A stretch of 63,487 nucleotides of DNA, counting the filler, from Perkinsus chesapeaki ATCC PRA-425 (taxonomy: Eukaryota > Protista > Perkinsozoa): assembly GCA_013115145.1 (NCBI GenBank). It is 7 parts of 7 records of this genome, joined end to end, with 100 filler letters (N's around TTAATTAATTAA, not from the genome) between each part and the next. Parts side by side here need not be neighbours in the genome. Positions count along the whole stretch, not along the records: positions 49,186 to 54,074 come from JAAPAO010001216.1; positions 54,175 to 59,216 come from JAAPAO010001202.1; positions 59,317 to 63,487 come from JAAPAO010001305.1; 4 more parts are not named here. One strand, 5' to 3'. Made by a program: the position numbers and the translations under genes. The first letter of the stretch is position 1; the number at the start of each line of letters is the position of its first letter. The notes under the pieces are model-generated. The model had not been told where the DNA came from. It did no database searches and worked only from the letters and a program-made list of their open reading frames with translations. Shown piece after piece: positions 52,646 through 63,487 of the stretch.

Positions 52646-53677
52646 GTGCGTCACGCCGCTTACAAGGGGAAAGGGACGAAAAGAGAAGCCGCGTTCGAGT
52701 TGTTGCATCGTGTGGGTGACTCGGAGGCCCGCCGTTTGGCGGAGGATTTTGCGCATGCTGGCCTGGCGCCGAAAACCAACGAACTCTATGACCGGACAGT
52801 TAGCTTTTACCGAGAAATAGTGGGGCATTCGGGTTTTCCGCTGCGCATCGAAGACCTACAGCTTTTCGTGTGGGTGTTGTCGAAGTCAGGTTATGCTTTC
52901 AACTCAATCAGTACGTTCGTGGGTGCTCTCCGGTCAAGGAACAAGTCCTTCGGCTCTGAGTTGTCGGCGAGTGAGGCCTTCCGTTTGAAACACCTGCTCA
53001 AAGCGGCAGAGAAGGCGGCCGAGGGGGCGGCAGTAGTTAAGATGCGGCCACTGGCGTGGTCCGCGATTATCACTGTTTTCAATCACTGGCCGCCTCGGCG
53101 GGTACGCGCGGCGGCGGCCATGCTGACGGGCATTTGCGCTTTGTTGCGGGCGGACGAATTGCTGGCGCTGCGGTGGGAGGATGTGTGCCAGACGGAAGCA
53201 GTGGGCTTCTCGGGCTTAGTATTAGCCCTGTCCATAAGGTCGAGTAAAACGGACCAGGTCGCGGCTGGGCAATTGGCGTATCTGGCCTGTACTGCCCCAG
53301 TGGGATCCGAGTCTGCCGCCCCTCCGACGGCGCAGAGGTGCGAGTATTGTCCCGCTCATGTACTGCTGGGCTGGAAGGGTCGGGCAGATCCCGAGGATGT
53401 TATCTTTCCGCTATCTTATTCTTCATTCATGGCGGAGGTTCGCAAGAAGCTAGGGCCAGCAGTTGGCTTCGAGGTCGTCGATGCGTTTGGCACTCATTCC
53501 CTGCGGCGTACAGGTGCCCAGCTGCTCCATCACTCAATGCCCGGGGACTCCCCAGTCCTCATGCGTGCCGGGCGATGGCGTTCGTTGTCGGTACTCGAGT
53601 ATCTACATGAGAGCACAGAAGAAAAGGTGAAGCTGGCCTCCAGACTCATGCTAGCTAGCCAAGGTGAGGGTAAGTAG
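52646..53677 (+). CDS. Tyrosine recombinase (no ATG before the N-terminal core-binding domain)
   Basis: Catalytic set R (LLRADEL), K (SSKTDQ), HxxR (HSLRRTGA), W (GRWRS), Y (VLEYL). The N-terminal helical domain precedes the first ATG (53042). Confidence 0.93.
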   Translation: MRHAAYKGKGTKREAAFELLHRVGDSEARRLAEDFAHAGLAPKTNELYDRTVSFYREIVGHSGFPLRIEDLQLFVWVLSKSGYAFNSISTFVGALRSRNKSFGSELSASEAFRLKHLLKAAEKAAEGAAVVKMRPLAWSAIITVFNHWPPRRVRAAAAMLTGICALLRADELLALRWEDVCQTEAVGFSGLVLALSIRSSKTDQVAAGQLAYLACTAPVGSESAAPPTAQRCEYCPAHVLLGWKGRADPEDVIFPLSYSSFMAEVRKKLGPAVGFEVVDAFGTHSLRRTGAQLLHHSMPGDSPVLMRAGRWRSLSVLEYLHESTEEKVKLASRLMLASQGEGK

Positions 53678-54074
53678 CGGCGGGTTTGTCATGCAATTCG
53701 GTGGTGTGGCAGCAGGTGTGGTCGCGGTGGCGTCTCGGGCAGACTGTAGTTCCTAAGCGGGAGCTGACATAATGTCAACCTGACATGAATTCACTAAGCG
53801 TCAGCTTAACCATTAAGTATATCCGGATTCGCGTGTTTCAGTCAGCGTGTTGCGTTGAAGGTAGGGTTAACGATTCTATGGCACAGCGCACGGTGTGTGT
53901 TAGCAGCTCGACTGGTAGCCGTCGACTTAAACACATCCCTTGCGGTTATTACTAACATCTGGTTAGTCTTTCCGTATCTCTACTCACAGGCAGCGCAATC
54001 GGGGTTGGACCTTTTGAGTTTATGTTGCGAACATGGGTGTGTGTCTATGCTCGCAATTTAAACCCATAAGGTCG

Positions 54075-54174
54075 NNNNNNNNNNNNNNNNNNNNNNNNNN
54101 NNNNNNNNNNNNNNNNNNTTAATTAATTAANNNNNNNNNNNNNNNNNNNNNNNNNNNNNNNNNNNNNNNNNNNN
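54075..54174. other. Artificial contig linker
   Basis: 44 N + TTAATTAATTAA + 44 N. Confidence 0.97.
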
Positions 54175-54480
54175 GATGAGTACACCTTAGTTGTTCTTAA
54201 ACCCTTGAAAAACACGAGTTGATAAGAATTTGACGCGCAGTGTATATCGAGGCGTGTAACGAGATATGTAAAACGGCAGTATATGCGTATGTAGTACATG
54301 CCCTGCCCAATGTGGTACCAGTGTTCGTGTCTTTCAACGTGGCCTTGTAATATGACCAACCATATCGCTCCTCCTAGCAATACAGAGAGACTAGTCTGCA
54401 AGTTCAGAGCTCAGGTATCTCTCAAACATGCCCCATCTCATATGCATAGCATCTACTGTAAGCCATGCAGTTTATGTCAG

Positions 54481-55723
54481 GTTAAGGCTAACTGGATGGT
54501 ATTACGAGTTGCGTGGCCGTGGTTCGTAGTAGCATTACTCTTGCTCTTGATCCATGCTTTGGCAGTGGGACTTGTGTCATTATTAGAGTTTAGGTGAGGT
54601 ACCGGGTATCCTCGTGATCACACAAAGCCGTTGGTACTTTCATTGGAATATTTGCCCATTTCATCTAGATACAATCTGCTCGGCAAACAGTCCGACGTGC
54701 TGGTAGACTTCGGGCACATGCTCGTCCCGGCTGTTGAGGTATACCCTGCTGGTGGCATCTGTACGTGGCTTGTAAGTCAGACAATTTGAAACATCAATGC
54801 TGCATTAAAGACGCCAATGTTAATTTTAGTGTCATGTTAATCTCAGTTGGTGCTGCTTATGACCTGGTCAGTTGGCTCTCTCACGGTCGTAACTATTATG
54901 CGTCCTCGCCCTGGAATAACTATCATTGGCATTCTATGGAGGACAGTATTTGTTTGCGCGCTGGCGTTCAATCTTCGGTCTATATCATTCCTGGTCACTC
55001 TGCTCCCCGCGCCCTGGCCGGAATGTCAGGAGTAAGTATCCTTTTCCGAGTCCTATATATTTACACTTCCTCTATGATGTAATGTATGCAAATTCGAGGT
55101 ACTTCATGAAACCTTTGACTGTTAGTGATGTCTTCTCTCTCATCCATAGTACAAGTGGCTGTGGCGATCTCATCTTCAGCGGCCATACACTGTAATAAGT
55201 TATTACTAATAACTCGAGGAGTCAGCCTCCCAGTTTGCTTGACAGGTGCGGTATGGCCTGCCTCCTTGCTGTGGCGCACTATTCCACGAACTGGATAATC
55301 AATGTAAGTTTTGACCAGCAGGATAGGAGATGATTTAACTTCACTATACCCCCACGATGCGAATTTGGAATTGCTCTGCTTGTAGGCTGATTCCATTAGA
55401 TACCAGGATGGGTGCTCTTCCTCGGTGAGATCGTGGCTATTTTAGCAGAGAGGGCACACTACTCGGTTGATATTGTGGTGGCGCTCTTTACAACACCAAT
55501 GCTATGGATATGCTTTTACCACTTCTTTCCAAAAGATCCATCAACTAGAATCGCATTTTGGAAGGACCAACCGCGATATGAGGATTACGACAGGTGAGTA
55601 GTTCGAAGATTTGAGAATCGCACTTGCATTATCGAGTATCTTCGAGTTCCAACGTCTTCAAATATCGACCTTTCTATCAGGGATGCATCAATCACAGCAG
55701 AGGATTCGCATGGTGCTTGTTGA
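54481..55723 (+). CDS. Sphingomyelin/IPC synthase-like protein (PAP2_C family), multi-exon; start unresolved
   Basis: Exons give VLVDFGHMLVP, FNLRSISFLVTLLPAP, GCGDLIFSGHT|LCGMACLL, and ILAERAHYSVDIVVA (catalytic H, H, D) among several TM helices. Confidence 0.85.
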
Positions 55724-56499
55724 TACAAGCTCGATTCGTCTACCATCTATCCTTTACAACTAACTTAACTTATAAAGCATTAAGTTAGGGCCTAACTGTT
55801 GGGCTACCCAACGTCAGAAGTGTTAAACCATAGGCGGTGTCAAACGTATGTCAAACCTATTTGTCAAACTTAACAAATGTCAACACTTGTTGAAGTGTGC
55901 TATCATCAGTATATATAGCTTTAACAATGGATCAGCGTTTCCTAAACGATAAAGATGTTTAGTTCATCGAAGCATAGCATAAGTAACGTAGCACAAACCT
56001 GTGAAGGAGGTTGCATGCGTGCAGTTATACTGTGTCACGCCCATAGGCGAGTGCAAAAAGCGGTACGCACTCATGTACCGAAGCTGCTCTAGATTTCACC
56101 TAATCCTAGTTGATGAGATGGCTCTCCATATTCAACCTCATATTTAACCTATTATATAATAGGGAAAGATCGCCCTGATAACCATAACATATATTCCCAG
56201 TTTACGAAACTCATTCACTTCATAAATTGTAACGCAACTCGCAAGGCGTAAGCTATGGATTATCATTGAGAAAACGTAACTTTACGAAACCGTTTGGAAT
56301 CGCCTCACCACAATTTGGGCATCTCATTCTCGCCTCAGATCGGCAAGTCTCACAGATGCCGTGACCACAGTCCGTCGTAGCATACTTAACTTTCTTGCCG
56401 CATTTACAAGCCAATTTACGCTTATAACGAGCAGCTAATAGACCTTCGCGTGAGTTCGCCTAATATAAAAGGTGACGCGAGAAGCTTCTTCGAGAGAAG

Positions 56500-58663
56500 T
56501 TAATGACAGAAGCGGGTAGAAGCAAATACCTCTGAAAAGTTCGCATCCCTCTCCAAGTGGCTTAGCTGCTCCTTCTTAACCTCTATGACATTCTCCTGGT
56601 CCTCAATCCTGGAGAGGAGGCTTTTCGCCTCGCTTCCCTGAATACAAAACATACATCCGACCAACTCGAGAGTCAACGCACGCACCCTTCGATCATCGAG
56701 ATTAGAAAAAAGATCTCCAAACTTATAAAGAGCCTCCTCGGCTGCATGCGCTCTCGTACTCAACATCTGAAAACAGAATGAACGCGGGGGTGATAGATCC
56801 ATAATGTGAGCCATGCTCATCGAGTACGACGGGCTTGCCTCAGTTTTTGCTGGCCATCCTTTGCCATTAGGAAGTAATGCTTTAGAAGGATACAGGGTAA
56901 GTGCTACTTCTCTTGGCATTGTGAGAAGCTTTCTGATGCCAATAGACGTGAACGATGAACCAAGGAGGAGAAGTGACCGACACGTCTCTTTATCACCGCG
57001 AATAAGCTAAGACGAATATTAAACAGTACACTCGAAGACACCAATTGAGCAAGAAGCCTACAGCGATATCTGCAGCGGTTTGTCCTTGACATAAAGCGTT
57101 TAGGTCGGCTCCACTATCGTACAATAGCTTCACTTCTATTGGTGTACTGCACGAGTGTATCGGAAATAAGCCTTGTACACTAGCCCATCCTACAATGTGA
57201 TAAGCTATGTTCAAGGGTGTCTTTTTACTTCCATCAAGCGGGACATTCGGATCCGCTCCTTCATTGATAAGCCTGCTTATCTCTTTTATCATCATAGTGT
57301 CACCCAACTCCTCTCTACGATATACCAACAATTCATTTAATTCTTGGGATGTGTCATATCGTATCCATTCCGCCTTGCTAACTTCATCGTAACCAGTAGC
57401 AATACGCATTAGATTTGCCCAAACGAGAGGCTCCACCTCATAAGAGAGAGCCGCCCAACTTTTGCAGGCTTTGCAGCGGCACTGCGATTGCGGCTTAGCT
57501 CGAGCTCTCGAACGTATATGCCGGTATAATCCCATTATCGAATACGACCTTCGAGCACCAAATTTCATAAGTTCATCTACGAGACATTCTGTACCCTTCC
57601 CCGCAGTAGTGAGCAACCTCAGAGGCTGCAGACAGCGGAGGAGGGGAACCGAACCGACAAGATCGAGACACTGAACGTCGACGGAACCTAGGTCTTGATG
57701 CAAAGCAAGTTGCGACTCCCAATGGGCCATCATATAAGGAAGAAACTCGCAAACGCCTTTTATCGATCTCTCGAAGCATACCAATAATAGATGAGCTATA
57801 CTGGCGCCAGCTGGAAGATATTCGGCGTATTCAAGCAAAGGAGCACGTGCTTTCAGACTAACTACACCTTCGTCTAACAATCGAGTTAACTGTGCCACAT
57901 TTAAGCCTTCATTTGCTTCCAAAGAATAGAGAAACTCAGCGAGGAATTCTCCAGTCCTTGTCACTTGCTCGCTGCACCGCTTCTTCAACATAGTGAATAT
58001 TTCATTTGAGTGGGCGGTGCCAAATCGTAGAAGACAGAGCTTAGCAATTGCCATGTCAGCATCTTTCATCAGATAGGTATCATCCACACTCAATAAAGCC
58101 TCGACTATATCACTATCTTGGGCGTAGAGACCTATCTGTAATGCCGATATACTCCCGACAATCTCGCCTCGACATGCTGGCGGGAGAAGTCTTTGGATGT
58201 TCTTGGATATTTGCAGCGGCCGACTGGTAAGAGGGTTCGAGCAGTGGCGGGCTATGGGTACAATGGTCTCTGCAGCGCTCTCTCCCATGCCTCTTGTTCT
58301 AGCTATCAACCGCAGAGTCAAAACCAAGTTGGCGTTTGCGCTGTCACTGAGGGGCGCATCATCGATGGTACCGCATGCCCGTCGAACCTCGCGTGGTCCA
58401 ACTCTCTCCAACAGACCGCCACCCAGCATACCACTGATGGCATTTCTAACTAATGCTTCAGTTAAGATGGTAACCCACTCCACGTTGGACTGTCCCATAG
58501 GGAGAGTACTCTCTCGGACTGCTTTGAATTCTGCTAACTTACAATCTAGCGCAGTATCGTCGTTCGAGCACATAGCGACTGCTACCTCGCGTGAGGAAGG
58601 AAGTGATGAAGGTAAGAGGCATGGAACCATGGAATACACTAATATGCATTGAAAACATAACAT
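56500..58663 (-). CDS. Hypothetical protein with C-terminal ankyrin-like repeats; probably spliced to the 56500-56919 ORF
   Basis: 556-aa ORF ending RLINEGADPNVPLDGSKKTPLNIA ... VKLLYDSGADLNALCQGQTAADIA, followed by a GT donor and a further helical ORF. Confidence 0.6.
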
Positions 58664-59216
58664 GCCACCACAGGAGGGGACACTAACAGTAATACTAACA
58701 GGTATGGCAGCTGCTACGATGATACGGAATAGCCAGGCTGAGAAGAAATATTGGTTACAACTTGTAACTTACAAGTGCAACGCTTCTATAGGGTATACGA
58801 GGCCCGAGGAGTGACTCACTCCAAGTGAGGCGTATAAATGAACAAAAGAGACGACGACAAGGCGAACAGAATGTCATCAAGCAATGTGTACCACAGCGGA
58901 ATACAGTATTGAGTAAACACAAGAACTTGAAGGATAGGAACCCGTACCGTTTGAGCCGACTGGTGTAGACTTGGTGCCCCAGACTGAGGCATGCAGCCTT
59001 CGCAACTCACGCTCCCTAGACCGCACATCGGAATGAATAACGAAAGGATGACAACTCATGAAGTAATAACAGTTGGTTTTATAATAATCAGTAGTAATGG
59101 GTACATCTAATGTTATCGTGTCAAAAGGGACACCAAGCTGGATGTAAAGAAATCTGATAAATAGATGGCACTTGAAGCAGCCAAGTCGACCAATCTTACC
59201 GAACTTCATCCAGTTC

Positions 59217-59316
59217 NNNNNNNNNNNNNNNNNNNNNNNNNNNNNNNNNNNNNNNNNNNNTTAATTAATTAANNNNNNNNNNNNNNNNNNNNNNNNNNNN
59301 NNNNNNNNNNNNNNNN
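59217..59316. other. Artificial contig linker
   Basis: 44 N + TTAATTAATTAA + 44 N. Confidence 0.97.
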
Positions 59317-59463
59317 CCCAGCGGAAGGGCGGGACTGGCGAACCTTTGTCCTGTCATATAGAGTGACTGGACGTCAACCACGCGTGGTAAATAATAGCCA
59401 CAGCGTTAAAGCCCAAATATAATGTACCAGACCAGGGCAGAGGTACTTGCGCATCAGAGACTA

Positions 59464-59491
59464 CTAGTAGCTAGCTTGGGGAGAACCCCAA
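59464..59491 (-). mobile_element. Helitron 3' terminus (hairpin + CTAG)
   Basis: Minus strand: TTGGGG-TTCT-CCCCAA hairpin, 8-nt spacer, CTAG, then T. This is the canonical Helitron right end and target nucleotide. Confidence 0.7.
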
Positions 59492-60326
59492 TGAACTATT
59501 GCTCTAAACGAATCGAAGATATTCCACAGTCGATCTCACATGAGAAAATAGCCACCGATCTACTACTATTGCTAGTTAATACAGACAAATACTTAAGATA
59601 GCGGCCTGATACTCGATAAATCCACAAAGGAACAGGAGTTAGAATTTCTAACTTACAAATAGTAAAGTGATAGTCTTATGAACCCCCAAATAATAGTACA
59701 ACGTATTATTTCAATATTTATTGCGAGATTACGAGAAAATACAATAGTACACAATTAAAATAATCAATCATCCACTCAGAAATTACTCTCCACCAGCCTC
59801 TCATCCACCTCTCTCTGCTCATAAGCCTGCCAGCCATCAACCACCGTAACCACCAACTATCACCACAAACTATCACCATCATCCATCACCACCACATATC
59901 ACCGCCAGTCATCAGTACATAGAATCTGACTATTTACAAGAGTAGAGTAAGACGTTAATTTCAGAAAATAAGTAGTTCAGTAAAAAGAAAAAAGCGTAAA
60001 GAATGCCCTGCTCATCACAAAGCGAGATAAGCAGACCCCGAAGGGTTACAGGCAATCTCGACAGGTGGCATCGGACGAAGTGAGGTGCTGGTATTGCTCA
60101 TTGTGAGTAACCCTCCGGGGTGAGAACCTCACGAGCTCGAGGCACTTCGCCGATCCTCCCTGCTCATATCCAGCAAAGGGTTGAGCAGGTTGGTATAGCC
60201 GCACTCCTTACACGGGCATGCTACATTTTAAAAAGTTGTTAAAAAATTGGGCCATTCAACTACTACTATATATATCTTAAAAAAATTAATTAATATACGT
60301 TACATACTATACATTATATATACAGT

Positions 60327-63300
60327 TTATAAATCTCCACATTGCACCATCACGAGATTCGGGAAGTCACGCCGCAGTACATTATTATAAATTGTAACCC
60401 AAGCATCCAGCACATTCAGTGGAGTTGGGTTACCGTTATAATAATGATTTGCAGCTGCATTCCACGTGTGTTCTACATGTTCGCGAGCACTACGATTACG
60501 CCCGGTATCTACTAATTGGTCAAACCCTACGATGTAAGCTAATAGGGCCCAAGGTTGGAACTGCGCAAGAGCAGTAAACCTGGTACCAGAACGAGAATTA
60601 TGTTCATCAATTCGACGCCTCAAATTCTCTGTTTGACCAATGTAGGATACCGAAGTGTGCTCTGTAGACACGATGATATACACATAGCCGCGTATGTCGG
60701 CGGGGATAGGAGTATCCCTAGGCCGGAAAGGCCTAATGTTAAGTTGAATAACTGGGGGTGCTAAAGCACCTCCTGTTAAGATACCAACTACATGTCTAAC
60801 ATAACCATCCCACTGTGTAGATTGAGCTAATAACGTCCTAACCGCATTCATAGTTTCGGCTATATTGCCAACAAAATAAATATGAGCCATGGCCCTAACG
60901 CGGGAAATAATGACATAAAGTTGTGATTTAAGCCACAACTTATAAGCCGACCTTCTGTCGGATATTTCCGTGGCTACCATTCCAAGGGTGTCCCCCATGA
61001 CTTTATGAATGGTAGACGCAATATAGTGGCGGATGGGATACTGCTCTCTCCTGACCTTCATCGTGCCCTCTAAACGTTGAGGGATCGTGAATACTTTCGA
61101 GATAGTCAGCTCCTGCCACCCTTGGTCTATAAATTCCTGTTCTGTCCGGGGAATATTTCGTCTCCCGGGTGGAGCAACTCTAACTGTGAAACTCCCTTCA
61201 TTCTCAGGGAGTTGTCTCACTACGCAAAGCTGGCTTTGATGAAAAGCCCTCCTTGCGGAAGTGTCATTACAAGTGAATCGCATAACAGCACCCACGTACA
61301 ACGTTATCGTCTGTGGAGGTTGCAACTTGCGATTCATATTTATTCTTATCCGCTCCTGTGTTACAGGAAGCCAAACTTGACCTCCATCCAAGGTATATTG
61401 GTCTTGAGAATTTATAGTAACCTTGACAACTGTTTGGTCTTGTTGTACTCGATCAAGCTGCCTAGAAACGGCTTCTTGCTCAGCTTGACGATGACCAAAT
61501 ATTTGCAAGGCCTCAGAAGGAACGGAGCTCCAGTTCGGAGCGAAACGACAGTGCTCACGGATAAGATCTTGTATCCGTTGAATGTCGTCTTCAGAAGGCT
61601 GAAGCTTCTGGAACAAAGTCAAAACCTCTTGGAGGTTCTGATCTGTAGAAGAACGAACGAAGTGGTTAAGCATGAAAAGCCGAGTAGTACATATAATAGA
61701 AGGACTAGTCCAAAGTAACGTTTGTTTGATGGGTGGTAGCTGGTTGGGATCCCCACTTCCCATAATGAGCACACCACCAAATGGCAATGGGGAATTGTGC
61801 AAGAACTGAAGAATTTTGTTCTGCACGTCAAGCAACTCGGCTCCCTCTGTTCCAATTTCTTCATGAATTATGACCCGGATAGACCTTAGCCACTGCATCT
61901 TCACCGGATCTCTAGCAAGCCTGGTCAACGCCCTTTCAGCTACAATACGAGACGATAGAGCAGACGTGACAGGAATTGAGAACACTAAGTGAATATGCTC
62001 TCCTCCTAATGCGGCAGCTCGCTCACTAGCAACACTGGTTACTATAGTATTCAAGCCCTTGGCTAAGGCGTAAGCACCCCAGTGCGCAGTTACGTGAGAC
62101 TTACCACTGCCAGGTGGGCCCAGCAACACTGGAGCTGGAATAAATGCACGCTGACCCGAGCAAAACAAATCTATAGCTTGAAGGCCGAGATCGAGGGCAA
62201 CTTGCTGCTCTTGAAAAGACTCAAGCGTCTGCGTGTCACCGCGACGAATCTCCGGTCTCCAGTCTAACGGGAGACTTTGAGTAGCGTTAGTTAAGTCATC
62301 TATTGATGGCAGTTGATAAATTGGATTCGAGAAGAAATGAAGAGCCTCTGCCATGGCACGCTTACTCTCTGCAGTGCGCTGTTGCAACGCAGTAGATGCA
62401 GCTTCTGTCATTTCATTCCTCAAAACTAATGGAGTTGTATAGAACTGCAACTCCCCTCCTAATAGTAAACTACGGAGCGCATCACGTGCGTCAATAAGAT
62501 GCTTATCGAACGACGTGGTTCCTCCTGGCAAATAAAGCAGCTGTGACAAGATATATCTACGGAGAATCGTGTACACTTCTTGCTCCGTCGGATTATTGGA
62601 ATCTTGGACAAGCCCAGCCAGCTGAAATGACTGCCGTAGATGATTAACTGCAAAAAGGTCAACCTCGGTATGAAAGTTTCCGAGGGAAAGAACTATATGA
62701 AGAAGGAAACGATCTGCATATCTGGGCAGAGGATTAGAAAGTACGGCTACATGTGGCTTACGATTGCCTTGGAAAATAAAGCGATCAAATAACCCCTGAG
62801 GGGGCTGTTGCCCTAATAACGGGTCTATTATATGCTCTATTATGTTACCTACTAACTGACGCTCAGCCAAACTGTAGCGGGCTACATTGTCACGATAAGC
62901 TACAGCACACTGCCTAACCCGAGGCAGCTGTGCTGGTATTATTCTAATTTGCTTATCAAACCCATCAATCCAGGGGCAATCAGGTATACTTATGTTCAAC
63001 AAGGCCTGTTGCGGGTTCACTGGATTGCCCTCAGCGTCATTTTGAGCACTTTTAGGGATGGGAAGCCTAACCACACATTCGAAGTAATCTACTAAAGTAT
63101 TCAAGAATTTTAACTCCGGTGGTCGAGAACTAAATATCGAAACCGAATCCACCGTTATATTGCTAGTGTTGGAGTCAACTATAGTTAATCGCTGAGCGTC
63201 AGTATACTGCCTCACGGGAGGAAAGTGGAGAGCATGCCGAGCCATAATGGCTGAAACCTCTTCTGCTTGATTACCGGGTCTAACACGCTGACGCTCGTGT

Positions 63301-63487
63301 TTTATCACGCCGCCTCTGTCTTGTTTGAACCCCGTATTTATGTGTATATAGTGCGAGCACAATTCGACATAAGGGAAATTAAGAAGCCACCAAACTGCTT
63401 CTGTGAGCGAAAGGGTCCGACCTTCAACAGCTGTAGATGGCCGTTCTTTCGCTTTGTCCTTTTCGGACGCAATAGCGGCTCCAGTAA
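60327..63487 (-). CDS. Helitron Rep/helicase protein (C-terminal ~1050 aa): PIF1-family helicase fused to a GIY-YIG nuclease
   Basis: The frame is open from the window edge and includes the post-Rep motif GRTLSLTEAVWWLLNFPYV. Helicase motifs GPPGSGKS, IIHEEIG, GDPNQLPPI, HFVRS, ASTIHKVMGDTL, QLYVIISRV. Nuclease GYVYII...YIGQTENLRRRIDEHN...PW...GF...VEHTW. Confidence 0.88.
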   Translation of the reverse strand, partial: TGAAIASEKDKAKERPSTAVEGRTLSLTEAVWWLLNFPYVELCSHYIHINTGFKQDRGGVIKHERQRVRPGNQAEEVSAIMARHALHFPPVRQYTDAQRLTIVDSNTSNITVDSVSIFSSRPPELKFLNTLVDYFECVVRLPIPKSAQNDAEGNPVNPQQALLNISIPDCPWIDGFDKQIRIIPAQLPRVRQCAVAYRDNVARYSLAERQLVGNIIEHIIDPLLGQQPPQGLFDRFIFQGNRKPHVAVLSNPLPRYADRFLLHIVLSLGNFHTEVDLFAVNHLRQSFQLAGLVQDSNNPTEQEVYTILRRYILSQLLYLPGGTTSFDKHLIDARDALRSLLLGGELQFYTTPLVLRNEMTEAASTALQQRTAESKRAMAEALHFFSNPIYQLPSIDDLTNATQSLPLDWRPEIRRGDTQTLESFQEQQVALDLGLQAIDLFCSGQRAFIPAPVLLGPPGSGKSHVTAHWGAYALAKGLNTIVTSVASERAAALGGEHIHLVFSIPVTSALSSRIVAERALTRLARDPVKMQWLRSIRVIIHEEIGTEGAELLDVQNKILQFLHNSPLPFGGVLIMGSGDPNQLPPIKQTLLWTSPSIICTTRLFMLNHFVRSSTDQNLQEVLTLFQKLQPSEDDIQRIQDLIREHCRFAPNWSSVPSEALQIFGHRQAEQEAVSRQLDRVQQDQTVVKVTINSQDQYTLDGGQVWLPVTQERIRINMNRKLQPPQTITLYVGAVMRFTCNDTSARRAFHQSQLCVVRQLPENEGSFTVRVAPPGRRNIPRTEQEFIDQGWQELTISKVFTIPQRLEGTMKVRREQYPIRHYIASTIHKVMGDTLGMVATEISDRRSAYKLWLKSQLYVIISRVRAMAHIYFVGNIAETMNAVRTLLAQSTQWDGYVRHVVGILTGGALAPPVIQLNIRPFRPRDTPIPADIRGYVYIIVSTEHTSVSYIGQTENLRRRIDEHNSRSGTRFTALAQFQPWALLAYIVGFDQLVDTGRNRSAREHVEHTWNAAANHYYNGNPTPLNVLDAWVTIYNNVLRRDFPNLVMVQCGDL

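Larger units (their letters stand above)
49186..54074 (+). mobile_element. Tyrosine-recombinase retrotransposon (DIRS order; Ngaro-like layout, no methyltransferase domain seen)
   Basis: Three intact co-oriented ORFs, gag-like, RT/RNaseH and YR, fill the contig. Terminal repeats cannot be assessed because the contig starts 39 bp before ORF1. Confidence 0.92.

Noticed and set aside
53678-54074. Split direct repeats or ITRs of the YR element
   Set aside because: No match to the 39 bp available upstream of ORF1 and no long internal repeat; cannot be assessed on this truncated contig.
58877-59216. 110-aa ORF at the contig end
   Set aside because: More likely the last intron and exon of a gene cut by the linker; no product can be assigned.
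45586-63487. LTR, YR and Helitron elements clustered as a composite island or single system
   Set aside because: They lie on separate contigs joined by artificial linkers.

Overview
Eukaryotic DNA with many short GT-AG introns (often 40-60 bp). Gene style and content point to a perkinsid alveolate (Perkinsus-like); this is an inference. The window is not one locus: six artificial linkers (44 N + TTAATTAATTAA + 44 N) join seven contigs: 1-18959, 19060-39776, 39877-45485, 45586-49085, 49186-54074, 54175-59216 and 59317-63487. There are also two plain N gaps. Most ORFs in the supplied track are exon fragments or antisense noise, so I rebuilt the genes by hand-splicing. Host genes: PRP38B-like splicing factor, MCM3, intronless TPI, Apd1-like (sucrase/ferredoxin-like) 2Fe-2S protein, class I methyltransferase, serpin, prefoldin beta subunit, EF-hand protein, RluA-type pseudouridine synthase, sphingolipid synthase-like protein, ankyrin protein and two probable secreted proteins. 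Mobile DNA is very diverse: a Helitron whose helicase is fused to an SLX1-like GIY-YIG nuclease and keeps a canonical hairpin-CTAG 3' end; an intact tyrosine-recombinase retrotransposon whose gag, RT/RNaseH and YR ORFs can be joined in frame by splicing from a single donor; a BEL/Pao-like LTR pol; an intron-containing MULE transposase; hAT and RTE remnants; and two MITE-like elements with TIRs and TSDs. The Helitron-GIY-YIG fusion and the splice-linked YR retroelement are the best candidates for undescribed biology.
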